DNA of 64,000 nt from an uncultured delta proteobacterium (GCA_963727485.1 CAVSGM010000003.1:416001-480000); one strand, 5' to 3'; counted from the stretch's first letter, positions 37,932 to 48,452 are shown. Program-made: numbers and translations. The notes: generated from the letters alone by a model not told the origin.

Positions 37932-38876
37932 TCAGTCGAAGGTGTACTGGAGAAACCCGATGAGGGTCGGACCGAGGTGCTGGACCCCGTTGAGCTTCGT
38001 GGCCATGGGGATCTGGGCCCGGAGGTGGAACCACAGCTTGTCCACCACCCTGAGCATCGCCCCCGGCGAGGCGTCGAGGACGAACCCCCCGGTGTTGACC
38101 TGCGCCGCGCCGCCCGCCGTGTCCTGGCCGTTGTAGCGCCCGTCGATCCCGAGCTCGAGGGCCGCCCAATCGACCGGGCGGTACTCCCCGCGCACGGTCC
38201 AGAGCAGGGCCGAGGCGTAGTGGTAGCCGAAGCGGTTCACCGTGTGCACCCTGCCGCTGACGCTGGTGAACAGGTTCCAGGGATCCCGGTGGTAGGCGTA
38301 CTGGAGGCCGGCGTAGGGCCCGAAGGCGCCGGTGCCGAGCTGGGCGTGGTCGTCGATGCGCTGGCCGGCGACCTGGGTGTCGTCGGGCCCGGTGGGCAGG
38401 GAGGTGCCGGCGAAGACGGCGAGGTTCTGCCGGGACATCGCCTTCCAGTCGCTGTGCTGCCAGAGGAAGTACCGGGCCCCGAGGGAGACGTCGCCCAGGC
38501 CCATGCCGGTGTGGCGCTCCGCGGAGGCGTCGCCGGCGGTCAGGTACCAGGCCTTCCGGGTCAGCGGCACCTGGAGCACCAGGTTGAGGCGGGACAGGGG
38601 GCTCCACACCACGACCGGCTGGAGGGTGGTCTGGGTGAGGCCCTCGGTCTGGGTGGGGTCGTCGTCGTTGCGCGCCGAGGCGGTGAGCGTGGTCAGGGAG
38701 AGCGAGAGGCTCACCCGGCCGGCGACGGGCTGGGACGAGGCCGCGTCGACCAGGGGGTCGCCGCAGCCGCAGACGGAGCAGGCGTGGGCCGGGGCGGGGA
38801 GGACGGCGAGGACGGTGGCCGCGAGGGCGCCGAGGACGCCGCCGATCTGGACGCGGGCGGGGGTGGGGGGCTTCAT
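37932..38876 (-). CDS. outer-membrane beta-barrel transporter-like protein with N-terminal CxxCxC
   Basis: Signal peptide ending AHA, mature start CSVCGCGDP, GLGDVSLG, LPTG, QLGTG and a C-terminal LQYTF strand. Confidence 0.75.
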   Translation of the reverse strand: MKPPTPARVQIGGVLGALAATVLAVLPAPAHACSVCGCGDPLVDAASSQPVAGRVSLSLSLTTLTASARNDDDPTQTEGLTQTTLQPVVVWSPLSRLNLVLQVPLTRKAWYLTAGDASAERHTGMGLGDVSLGARYFLWQHSDWKAMSRQNLAVFAGTSLPTGPDDTQVAGQRIDDHAQLGTGAFGPYAGLQYAYHRDPWNLFTSVSGRVHTVNRFGYHYASALLWTVRGEYRPVDWAALELGIDGRYNGQDTAGGAAQVNTGGFVLDASPGAMLRVVDKLWFHLRAQIPMATKLNGVQHLGPTLIGFLQYTFD

Positions 38877-38913
38877 GGACCCGGAGGCTAGAGAAGGACC
38901 CCGGGGTCCACAA

Positions 38914-38947
38914 TGCGGCAAGTCGTCGCATGCGGCACGATGTCGCA
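38914..38947. promoter_or_regulatory. two tandem RegA/RegR/PrrA boxes
   Basis: TGCGGC-AAGTC-GTCGCA and TGCGGC-ACGAT-GTCGCA both match GCGGC-N5-GTCGC exactly and lie next to regBA. Confidence 0.8.
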
Positions 38948-39009
38948 GGGGTGCCCCCGACGGGGTCGCCGCCCTTTCCCCCCGCCGCCGAATGCGGTAG
39001 CGCGGACGG

Positions 39010-40344
39010 GTGCCCGGCCCCGACCAGCCCCTCCTCGGCGGCGACGCCCAGGCCCACGCCCACGACCTGGCGTGGCTGGTGCGCCTGCGCTGGGTGGCCG
39101 TGGCCGGGCAGCTCGCCACCATCGGCGCCGTCTCCCGGCTCCCGGGCTTTCGCCACCTGCCCTACGGGGCGCTCCTGGCGGTGGTGGCGGTGGCGGCGGC
39201 GACCAACGCGGTGCTGGCCCTCTGGAGCCGCCGGGCCGAGGCGGTAGACGAGTGGGTCCTCGCCGCGGTCATGGGCCTCGACGTCACCCTGCTCACGGCG
39301 CTGCTCTGGCTCGCCGGCGGGCCCTACAACCCCTTCAGCTTCCTCTACCTCATCCACATCGCCCTGGCGGCGGTGACCCTCCGGCCGGCGTGGACCTGGG
39401 CGCTGGTGGCGGCCTCGGCGGCGGCCTACGGGGCGCTGTTCCTGGTGCACGAGCCGGTCCACCTCGCCGGGGCCGACGCGGCGGTGCACCTGCGCCTCCA
39501 CCTCGAGGGGATGTGGGTGGCCTTCGGGGTGGCGGCGGTGCTCATCACCTTCTTCGTGGGCCGGGTGCGCCGGGCCCTGGTGGATCGGGAGCGGGCCCTC
39601 TCGGCGATCCGGGCCCGGAGCGAGCGGGCCGAGCGGCTGGCCGCCCTGGGGACGCTCGCCGCCGGCGCCGCCCACGAGCTGTCCACCCCGCTGGCCACCA
39701 TCGCGGTGGTGGCCCGGGAGCTCGAGCGCCACCTCGACGGCGGGGGTGGGGCCGGGCGAGCCCCGAGCGACGACGCCGCCGACGACGCCCGGCTCATCCG
39801 CCAGCAGGTCGACCGGTGCCGCGACGTCCTCGACCGCCTGGTCTCCGACGCCGGGGAGCAGGCCGGCGAGCCCTTCTCCGCCCTGACCCCCGGCGCCGTC
39901 GCCGAGGCCGCCCTCGCCGCCTCCCGGGCCGCCGGCCGGGGCCGCCTGGAGGTGGTGGGCGAGGCCCCGGCGATCCCCGTGCCCCCCCGGGCCCTCGAGG
40001 GTGCGCTCCGGGGGCTGCTCGACAACGCCGCCGATGCCGCCGGGCCCGAGGGGCACGTGACGCTGCGCGCCGGTGCCGAGGACGGCCGGGTGCTCTGGGA
40101 GATCGTCGACGACGGCCCGGGGATGACCGAGGCGGTCCTGGGCCGGGCCGGTGAGCCCTTCTTCACCACCAAGGCGCCGGGCCGCGGCATGGGACTGGGC
40201 CTCTTCCTCGCCCGGAACCTCGCCGAGCGCCTCGGGGGCCGCCTCGACCTCGACACCGCCCCGGGGCGGGGCACCACCGTGCGCTTCAGCCTCCCGGCCC
40301 CGGCGCGGCGCCTTGACCGGGACGCGGCGGCGGCGGGAGGCTAG
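39010..40344 (+). CDS. regB: RegB/PrrB-type redox sensor histidine kinase
   Basis: LRWVAVAGQ, GGPYNPF quinone-site motif, AAHELSTPL H-box, DRCRDVL Cys and GMGLGLF. Confidence 0.9.
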   Translation: MPGPDQPLLGGDAQAHAHDLAWLVRLRWVAVAGQLATIGAVSRLPGFRHLPYGALLAVVAVAAATNAVLALWSRRAEAVDEWVLAAVMGLDVTLLTALLWLAGGPYNPFSFLYLIHIALAAVTLRPAWTWALVAASAAAYGALFLVHEPVHLAGADAAVHLRLHLEGMWVAFGVAAVLITFFVGRVRRALVDRERALSAIRARSERAERLAALGTLAAGAAHELSTPLATIAVVARELERHLDGGGGAGRAPSDDAADDARLIRQQVDRCRDVLDRLVSDAGEQAGEPFSALTPGAVAEAALAASRAAGRGRLEVVGEAPAIPVPPRALEGALRGLLDNAADAAGPEGHVTLRAGAEDGRVLWEIVDDGPGMTEAVLGRAGEPFFTTKAPGRGMGLGLFLARNLAERLGGRLDLDTAPGRGTTVRFSLPAPARRLDRDAAAAGG

Positions 40345-40350
40345 ATCGCC

Positions 40351-40893
40351 GTGGGCGAGTCGATCCTGGTGGTGGACGATGACGAGGTGCTCCGGCGCCG
40401 GCTGGTAAGGGCCCTGCGCGAGCGGGGCTTCGACGCCGAGGGCGCCGAGGGCTGCGCCACCGCCCGGGCCCGCGCGGTCGAGCGCGACTTCGACCGGGCG
40501 CTGGTGGACCTGCGGATGCCCGACGGCTCGGGCCTCGACCTGGTCGGCGACCTGAAGGCCGCCTGCGCCACCACCCGGATCGTGGTCCTCACCGGCTACG
40601 GTTCCATCGCCACCGCGGTGGAGGCCATGCGCCTGGGGGCCGTGAGCTACCTCCCCAAGCCCGCCGACGCCGACGAGGTCCTCCTGGCCTTCGACCGGGC
40701 CGAGTCGCCCCCGGACGCCGCCGCCGCCGAGGCCGAGTCGCCCCCGGCCCCGTCGCTCGCCCGGGCGGAGTGGGAGCACCTCAACCGCGTGCTGGCCGAC
40801 TGCGGGGGGAACATCTCCGAGGCGGCGCGCCGCCTGGGGATCCACCGGCGCTCGCTGCAGCGCAAGCTGCAGAAGTACCCGCCGGCGAAGTAG
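40351..40893 (+). CDS. regA: RegA/PrrA-type response regulator
   Basis: VVDDD, DLRMPDG, LTGYGSIATAV, EWEH and NISEAARRLGIHRRSLQRKL motifs. Confidence 0.93.
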   Translation: MGESILVVDDDEVLRRRLVRALRERGFDAEGAEGCATARARAVERDFDRALVDLRMPDGSGLDLVGDLKAACATTRIVVLTGYGSIATAVEAMRLGAVSYLPKPADADEVLLAFDRAESPPDAAAAEAESPPAPSLARAEWEHLNRVLADCGGNISEAARRLGIHRRSLQRKLQKYPPAK

Positions 40894-40923
40894 CCGGCAC
40901 CGCCGGGGCCCGGCGCCGCGCCG

Positions 40924-41553
40924 TCAGTCGCCGAGCTGGATCTTCTCCATCACGTCGGCGTCCTTGACCAGCTTGGGGTGGGGCAGGGTCGCCAGCGTCG
41001 CCCGGAGGAGGTGGAAGCTCGCCGGCACGTAGGGGCGCACCGCCTCGCCCATCTGCGCCACGTAGGTCTGGGTGAGGTCCTTGATCTCGGGGTCGGCCAA
41101 AGGCCAGGTGCCCTTGGCGTCGGCGGCCCAGATCGGCTTCCCGTCCGAGCAGCGCACCAGGGTGGCGTGGACCTTGGCGGTGACCCGGTCCCCGGCGCGC
41201 ACCAGGGTCGGCCGGAGGTGGAGGACGCCGTCGAGGTCGTCGTGGCAGGGGTGGGCGGGCATCGCCTGGGCCTCGGTGGGGTCCTTGGTGATGAAGTCCC
41301 GGTGCTGGTTCATCCACCGCGTCGCGATGACGCTCCACAGCTTGCCCAGGTCCTGCTGGCCGGCCGGGAGCGGGGCGGTGACCACCGCCACCCGCAGGGT
41401 CTTGAGGCGGTCGACCCGGTGGTAGTCCTGGCGGATCCAGGCGCCCCGGACCACCGGGGTGCAGCCGGCGGCCATGAGGGCCAGGGCGGCGAGGGCGGCG
41501 AGGGCCCGCGCCGGGAACTGCGGGCGGGCGGCGTCAGGCAGCGGCCTGCTCAT
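40924..41553 (-). CDS. lipoprotein co-encoded with the MMPL transporter
   Basis: Lipobox MAAGC; overlaps the MMPL stop. Confidence 0.75.
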   Translation of the reverse strand: MSRPLPDAARPQFPARALAALAALALMAAGCTPVVRGAWIRQDYHRVDRLKTLRVAVVTAPLPAGQQDLGKLWSVIATRWMNQHRDFITKDPTEAQAMPAHPCHDDLDGVLHLRPTLVRAGDRVTAKVHATLVRCSDGKPIWAADAKGTWPLADPEIKDLTQTYVAQMGEAVRPYVPASFHLLRATLATLPHPKLVKDADVMEKIQLGD

Positions 41554-44053
41554 CTTCCGGATTCTTCTTCCCGCTGCCGCCCTTGCCCCCGGTGCGGCGA
41601 TCGTGGAGGAGCTGGAGGACGGCGGGCATCACGGTGAAGGAGACGACGAGGGTCGCGGTCATCCCCAGGCAGGCGAGGATGCCCATGGTCTGGAGGCCCC
41701 GGTGCGCCGCGGCGAGGAGCGCCGCCCACCCGGCGAGGGTGGTGAGGGTCGAGGCGGCGACGGCCTTGCCCACCGACCTCAGGGCCGCCCGGGGGCTGGT
41801 GCCCTCGTTGAACCGGTGCATCAGGTAGACGCCGTGGCTCACCCCGTAGCCGAGTACGATGGGGAAGACCACGATGTTCATGAAGTTGAGGCTCTCCCCG
41901 AAGAGCGTCATCGCCCCGAGCATCATCCCCACGCCCAGGACCAGCGGCAACAGCGCCACCATGGCCCCGGTGAACGAGCGCAGGTCGAGGAGCAGGATCA
42001 CCAGGAGCAGCACCGCGGTGATCGCCACCGCCACCTCGGCGTCGTGGAGCACGATGGTGGCGAGCTTGGCGTAGAGGATGATGAGCCCGGCGGTGTGGTA
42101 GGTCTCGTGGGGCCCGACCTGGAGGTTCTCCGCCTCGTGGGCGAAGTGGAGGATCTGCTTGCCGTCCCAGATGTTCACCGTGGGGTAGACGAAGGTCAGC
42201 CACCCATGGTTCTCGGGCTTGGCGCTGGGCAGGGCCTGGAAGCGCTGGAGGATGTAGTCGGGGAGGTCGTGGACGGTGTAGGGGTGCACGTCCAGGTACG
42301 AGAGGGCCTCGTGCCAGCGCTTCTGGATCTTCTCCGGGAGGATCGAGGGATTGATCTTGGCGAGCTCGGCCTTCCACTGCTCGATGATCTTGTAGTTGGC
42401 CGCCTGCTGCTTCGCCGGGGGCACGAAGGTGTAGACCGAGACCACCTGGTCGATGGCGTCGTACTTCCCGTCCTCGAGCTTGTCGTAGACCTTCTTCGCC
42501 GCCGTGAGCGTGGGGGTGAAGATCGCCGCCGGGTCGCTGGAGACCCCGAAGCGGTCGGAGATCATGTCGTTGAGCTCGATGGAGGCCTGGTGCTCCACCG
42601 CCAGGGTGCGGGTGTTGTAGTCGAAGCTCACCTTGGGGGCGAAGAGCGCGATGCCCACCGCCACCGTGAGGCTCAAGCCCAGGAGGAGCCGGGGGCGGGG
42701 GATGCGGTCGCTCTTGGCGGCGGCGGCCTCGGCGGCCGGGTCGAGGGTGCCCACCAGCTTGGCCGCCGTCCCCGGCTTCCACCGCTCCAGGACCAGGATC
42801 GCCGCGGGGATCCACACGTAGATGGCCACGCCGATGAGGAAGGTCCCGGCGCCGGCCAGAAGTCCGAACTGCGAGAACCCCCGGAAGCTGGAGAAGAGCA
42901 GGGAGAAGAAGGCGACGCCGATGCCCGCGGCGGAGATGAACGACGCCGGGCCCTGGTGGGTGACGGTCTGGTAGACCGCCTCGCGCACCGTGGGTTGGGT
43001 CGCGAGCTCCTCGCGCAACCGGTAGACCGCGTGGATCCCGAAGTCGATCCCGAGGCCCATGAGGATGCCGGCGAGCATCGAGGTGACCATGTTCAGCTCG
43101 CCCACCGCCAGGAAGGCGAAGCCGAAGGAGAGGGCCACGCCGAACATCAGCCCCAGGAGCACCAGGACCACCGCGCCCACCCGCCGGCGGAAGAACGCCA
43201 GCATCACCAGCACCACCCCGAGGAGCGCCAGGCCGCTCACCGGGATCAGCGAGCGTTTGATCTCGAACTGCTCGTCGTAGCCGAGCTTGTAGGAGCCGGT
43301 GAAGCCGTAGTCGATCCTGGCCTGGGTGGTGGGGTCGGCCTTGCCGTAGTCCTCGACCAGCTTCACCCCGTGGGCGTTGTCCTTGGAGTAGGCGGCGAAC
43401 TCGGCCCGGAGCTTCTTCACGAAGGCCCCGGTCTTGTTGAGGTCGGTGGAGTCCCACATGGGCTTCACCACCAGGATCAGCATCTTCTTGTCGTCGCTGA
43501 TCCAGTAGGGGTCGCTGATGTCCTTCTTGGCGACCTTCTTGTACTTGTCGATCAGGTCCTGGAGGTGGAGCTCGACGGGCTGGGTCTTCTTGATCTCGAA
43601 GTAGAAGGGATCGGCGCGGCGGATCCGGTCCTGGAGATAGGACATGACCCGGTGGTGGAGGGTCTCGAGGTCCTGGGTCTTCATGAACAGCAGCGCCCGC
43701 TTGCGCACGTAGCTGGAGTTCACCTTGTAGGTGACGTCGCGGACGTCCTGCTTGTCGGCCTCGAGCTTGCCGGCGAGATTGTCGGCGACGGCCTTGAGGG
43801 TCTTCTCGTCGGATCCGCGCAGGCCGATGATGAAGTGGCCGGCGCCGCCGACCATGTCCACCACCCGCTTGACGTCCTTGACCTCCCGGAGGCTCGGGTC
43901 GAGGAGCTGGAGCTGGTCGGCGTTGATGCGCAGCTTCGTGGCCAGGCCCAGGGAGCCGGCCACGACGGCGAGGAGGACGATGAGGGAGATGCCCGGCCGC
44001 CGCGACACGAGGTGCGCGAAGACCGAGGCCACGCGGGTCTCGAGGTTCTTCAT
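41534..44053 (-). CDS. MMPL/RND-family (HpnN-like) transporter
   Basis: Two TM bundles with GLGIDFGIH and LGYGVSHGVY, and large periplasmic loops. Confidence 0.9.
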   Translation of the reverse strand: MKNLETRVASVFAHLVSRRPGISLIVLLAVVAGSLGLATKLRINADQLQLLDPSLREVKDVKRVVDMVGGAGHFIIGLRGSDEKTLKAVADNLAGKLEADKQDVRDVTYKVNSSYVRKRALLFMKTQDLETLHHRVMSYLQDRIRRADPFYFEIKKTQPVELHLQDLIDKYKKVAKKDISDPYWISDDKKMLILVVKPMWDSTDLNKTGAFVKKLRAEFAAYSKDNAHGVKLVEDYGKADPTTQARIDYGFTGSYKLGYDEQFEIKRSLIPVSGLALLGVVLVMLAFFRRRVGAVVLVLLGLMFGVALSFGFAFLAVGELNMVTSMLAGILMGLGIDFGIHAVYRLREELATQPTVREAVYQTVTHQGPASFISAAGIGVAFFSLLFSSFRGFSQFGLLAGAGTFLIGVAIYVWIPAAILVLERWKPGTAAKLVGTLDPAAEAAAAKSDRIPRPRLLLGLSLTVAVGIALFAPKVSFDYNTRTLAVEHQASIELNDMISDRFGVSSDPAAIFTPTLTAAKKVYDKLEDGKYDAIDQVVSVYTFVPPAKQQAANYKIIEQWKAELAKINPSILPEKIQKRWHEALSYLDVHPYTVHDLPDYILQRFQALPSAKPENHGWLTFVYPTVNIWDGKQILHFAHEAENLQVGPHETYHTAGLIILYAKLATIVLHDAEVAVAITAVLLLVILLLDLRSFTGAMVALLPLVLGVGMMLGAMTLFGESLNFMNIVVFPIVLGYGVSHGVYLMHRFNEGTSPRAALRSVGKAVAASTLTTLAGWAALLAAAHRGLQTMGILACLGMTATLVVSFTVMPAVLQLLHDRRTGGKGGSGKKNPEDEQAAA

Positions 44054-44075
44054 CGGTGTACCGCGCCGGTGGGCG

Positions 44076-44669
44076 CTACTTCTTGGCGCCCTGCACTTCG
44101 GCGAGGCGCTTCTTCATGAGATCGAGGAGGTGGCTCATGCCGCCTTCGGCGAGGATGGGCTTGACCTGGTGATCGCGGATGTTGGTGAGCATCGACTCCC
44201 CCCCGGTGCCGAGCACCGTGACGTCCAGGACCTTCCACGCGCCGTGCACCTTCGTCAGGTCGTAGCGGACCTTGAGCTCCTCCTTCTTCAGGGGATTGAG
44301 GATCACGAGGGTGGAGTCGAGGGTCGCGGTGTCGCCCTTCACCTTGGGGGCGTCGTAGACGATGGTGGACAGGTACTTGAAGTTCGCCCGGATCTTGGGG
44401 AAGGCGATGGCGGCGAAGAGGTCGTGGAAGAGCTTCACGAACTGCTTCTGCTGCGCCGGCGTGGCCTTGTTCCAGGCGTCTCCGAGGAGGAACCGGCCCT
44501 CGGCGGGCCCGGCGAGGAACTTCACCGCCAGGGCGTCCTTCTTGTAGCGCACCGCGCCGATGAGGGTGCGCACCGGCTTCTCCACGGCCTTGTCGGCCTT
44601 GGCACTGGCCGCGACCGGGGTGAGGAGCAGGGCGGAAAGTACAAAGAAAACCGGAAGCTTGCGCGTCAT
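44076..44669 (-). CDS. MlaC/Ttg2D (HpnM-like) periplasmic lipid-binding protein
   Basis: Signal peptide, W..ATPAQQKQFVKLF and WKVLDV motifs. Confidence 0.8.
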   Translation of the reverse strand: MTRKLPVFFVLSALLLTPVAASAKADKAVEKPVRTLIGAVRYKKDALAVKFLAGPAEGRFLLGDAWNKATPAQQKQFVKLFHDLFAAIAFPKIRANFKYLSTIVYDAPKVKGDTATLDSTLVILNPLKKEELKVRYDLTKVHGAWKVLDVTVLGTGGESMLTNIRDHQVKPILAEGGMSHLLDLMKKRLAEVQGAKK

Positions 44670-45092
44670 CTCGGGCTCCGTGGGAGAGCGGTGTCGGGGT
44701 AACCTAGCAGGATCGGCGCCGGCCGCAACAGCAACCAGCGTGGGACCCGGGCTTCGACGGCGCCCGCGGCAGAGGCTTCAATCAGACGCCAGCGCCTGCC
44801 TCGGTGCCACGCGGGTGCGCAGGTGTAGGCAGCGCCCGCACAGCGCCGCATGATGCATCGACCCCGCTTGTCGCCTACCTCGCGGCAGGTGGTAGCGTCG
44901 CGGCCCAGTAGCACAACGGGCGGGCCTCGGTTGGCCCGTCCCCGAACGCGCGGACGCTGGTGCCCACCCCCGCGTCCCCCCCTGACTGGGACCCTCGTGG
45001 GTCCCGACGCACGGGGCCGACGCCCGCGCAGAACGGCCGGAACCCCCGGCGCTCCATGCGCCCGCGGCTCCGGACCGCGATGGGAGAGTTAC

Positions 45093-46902
45093 ATGCGACA
45101 CGTGATCCAGACCCTGATGCTCGGAGCGGTCCTGGTGGCCGCGGGATGCAACCAGACGGTCCCCGGGCCGGTCAGCGGCGGGACCGGTGGCGGGACCGGT
45201 GGCGGGACCACCGGCGGCACGGTGACCGACGGCGGGACCGGTGGCAACACCGGCGGAGGCTCGGGCGGAGGCTCGGGCTCGGGCGGTGGCAGCGGCTCCG
45301 GCGGCGCCACCGACGGCGGGAGCACCGGCGGGACCGGCTCCGGCGGCGGGACCGGCTCCGGCGGCGGGACCGGCTCCGGCGGCGGGACCGGCTCCGGCGG
45401 CGGGACCGGCTCGGGTTCGGGCGGGGCCACCGGACCGGCGGCACGTCGGCACCGGCGGCACCGGCACTGGCGGCACCGGCACCGGCGGCACCGGCACTGG
45501 CGGCACCGGCACCGGCGGCACCGGCGGCTCCACGCCGGGCGCCAACGGCTGCGCCGACCTCCAGGTCACCCCGGACGTGAACCTCAACGGCTTCCAGAGC
45601 GACACCTACGCCTGGTACGACGCGAGCTGCCAGCTCCGCGAGGCGTGGATGGTCCACAACACCGTCCAGGACCCCTCCGGCCACTGGGGCGGCTACCTGC
45701 GCCGGCTGACCTACGTCGCCGACGGCCAGACCCGCACCTGCGACGGCTCGACCTCGAGCCAGCCGGGCTGGGGCTACACGGTGAACCACTTCGGCTCGAG
45801 CTCCACCAGCTCCCGCAAGGTGAAGGGCACCGCCGACCAGACGGTCTTCTCGGGCCACAACCACGCCATCCAGCAGTACACCTGGACCTTCCCCATCGAC
45901 GGGGGCCCGGTGACGGTGACCGTGGACTGGCTCTTCGCCACCGGCCGCGACAGCCCGGTGTGGGCGGTCACCTTCGACAGCTCGGCGGCGGCGGCCAACA
46001 GCATCAAGGCCGACACCCGCGCGCCCTACGGCGACCTCCAGTGGGACTACGGCCAGAACGCCGACGTGAGCGGCGTGGGCTGGGGCGACCGCTACAAGTT
46101 CGTCACCACCTCGACGCCGCTCTCGATGCAGAGCGGCTGGGACTACAGCCAGCCGAACACGGTCCCCTATGTGATCGAGTGGGCCGACTCGGTCGACGCG
46201 GAGATGGGCTCGGTCCAGACGGTGCCCTACACCCTCCACGACGCCGGCGGGTACTGGGACTACTCGAGCTGGGGCCAGACCAGCGCCAGCGGCCCCATGC
46301 CCCAGGACTGGAACTGGACCTACCAGCTCGACCAGTACGAGCTGCCCTTCACCCTCAAGAGCAAGCGCCTCGCCTGGGGCACCAACTACGGGGCGGTGGG
46401 CCAGACCGCGTACCCCGTGTACGGCGACGACGCCACCGCCGTCGGCTACCCGTACCAGAGCTACTCGGTCTACATGGTGCTGGGGAAGCACACCGACCAC
46501 CCGGTGGCCGGCAAGGTCGCCCAGGTGGAGGCCAGCCAGGACACCGCGCTCACCGCGACCGTGGGCCAGGTGGTGACCAAGGGCCCGGCGGGCCTCGCCC
46601 GGCCGGACACGGTGACCTACACCCCGGCCGGCTATGACCCGATCTTCGGCACCTGGAACCTCGACGCCGCCTCGAACCAGGTGGACGCGACCTTCGACGC
46701 CGGGACCGGCACCCTCAAGGCGCCGATCTTCGTCATCCACGGCTACACCGGGGCCGCCGGCTCCGAGACCGTGGAGGTCGACGGCAAGGCGCTGACCGCC
46801 GAGACCGGCTACTACGCCAGCGTCGACCCGGCCAAGCAGCTCCTGTGGATCACCCTGCCCGGGTCGTTCACCGGGAGCCACCACCTGCGCGTCGGCTTCT
46901 GA
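45093..46902 (+). CDS. secreted lipoprotein of unknown function with Gly/Thr linker (frameshift near 45440)
   Basis: Lipobox AAGC, a Gly-rich linker, then a Trp/Tyr-rich globular domain of about 450 aa in the next frame. Confidence 0.8.
45327..45525 (+). repeat. coding minisatellites: 18-bp (GGTGSG) and 15-bp (GGTGT) units
   Basis: GGCGGGACCGGCTCCGGC occurs about 4.8 times from 45327; GGCGGCACCGGCAC(C/T) units follow from about 45450. Confidence 0.85.
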
Positions 46903-48335
46903 CGCCGGCGGCGGGCGGCTGCTGTGCCGGCCGCGGCGGCGCCTCGACCGGGGGCGCCGCCGCGTAGTGGGAGAGGATCTCCCCGAGCTGCCGGTCGTGG
47001 ACGGTGCGGTCGTACGCGGCCGCGTCGAGGAAGCCGCCGAGGGCCCGTTCGGCCCCGGCGGCTTCCGGCGTCCGTCCGTCCCCGTCGACCAGGTGGCTCA
47101 TCAGCTTCAGGAACGCCGCCGGCGGGTGGATGGCGTTGAGCGCCGGGTACTTCCCGGGCGCCTGCTTCCAGGTCCACATCGCCCACCCGGCGAGCCACCC
47201 GGGGCGCGCCGTGAAGCGCTCCAGGGTCCCGGCGACCATGGCGTAGGTGTTCTGCCCGAACTCCCCGCACCAGAAGGGCACGCCCTGGGCGCGGGCGATC
47301 CGGGCGTAGCGGTCGAGGTCGGCGCGGCGCCGGTCCCCCAGCCAGCTGTACAGGTGGAAGCTGTAGGCGGCGTTCGGGTCCAGGGGCTCGGTGAACATCG
47401 AGAAGTCCGTGGCGAAGCCCGACCCCTCGAGGATCACCAGGTGGCCTCGGTCCACCTCCCGGATCCCGTGGACGATCCGCCGGTAGAGGGCCACCAGCGC
47501 CTCCCCCGACGGCGGGTCCGGCTCGTTGAGGAGGTCGTAGCCCGCCACCACCGGGCTCGACGCGTACCGCGCGGCCAGCGCCCGCCAGAATCGCGACCGT
47601 CCGGTCCTGCGCCCTCTTCGACGCCCACAGCCGCTTCGGCCCGGTGGGATCCGAGGTGAAGATGGCGCTCTGCCCCCCGGGCGCCGCGTGGAGGTCGAGG
47701 ATCACGTACACGTGGTGGCGCCCGCACCAGCGGACGAGCGCGTCGAGGCGCGCCCACCCCGGCGCCTCCGGGCAGTCGAGGGCCCGGTAGTTGATGGGCA
47801 CCCGGACCACGTTGAGCCCCAGGGCGGCGATGGCGGCGACGTCGTCCTCGGTGACGAAGCGCCGGTACACCTGCCGCTGGAAGGCGCACGCCCGCCCCGC
47901 CCCGACGATCTGCGAGAGCCCGTCCCCGATGGCGCTCTGGGACTCGGTGGTCAGGTGCAGCACGCTCATCCGCGCCCCCCACGCCCACCCCTCCCACAGG
48001 AGCCACGCCCCGAGGTTCACCCCCCGCAGGGCCAGCGGCTTGCCGTCCGGGCCCACCAGGTGGGTGCCCACCCGGTGCACCACGGCGACGTGCGGCGCCC
48101 GCGGCTTCCCGTTCGGCGTGGTCGTCGTGTGGGGCGTGGTCGTCGTGTGCGGCGCTGGCGCCGTCGGCCCGGTGGTGCAGTGCGCCGGGCACACCCAGCT
48201 CTTCGGCAGTCGCGGGGCGCAGCCTCCAGCGCCTGCGCCGAGCCCTGCGGCGAGTGCCATGGTGAGGGCAAGGGCGCGGCCGGCCGCGGGGCGGCGGCAC
48301 CCTGGGTCGTGCGGTTCAAGGCGGTGGGGGGCCAT
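46868..48335 (-). CDS. glycoside hydrolase family 5 lipoprotein (frameshift near 47590)
   Basis: RGVNLGAWLLWEGW, VRVPINY, DLHAAPGGQ, YDLLNEP (acid/base), FHLY and GEFG (nucleophile). Confidence 0.9.
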
Positions 48336-48452
48336 GGGGCGACACGTTAACCAGGTTCACCGCTGCGTGAGGACCGCCCGGGGACGGAGGCCCCTGGGGC
48401 GGCTAATTCAGCAGTGCTGTATTTCGGGCCGAGGGGGGCATCGGGACGAAGG

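Noticed and set aside
45327..45525. Tandem repeats (also 21330-21480 and 24530-24570) as a possible CRISPR array
   Set aside because: They have no unique spacers, are in-frame linker repeats, and no cas genes are present.
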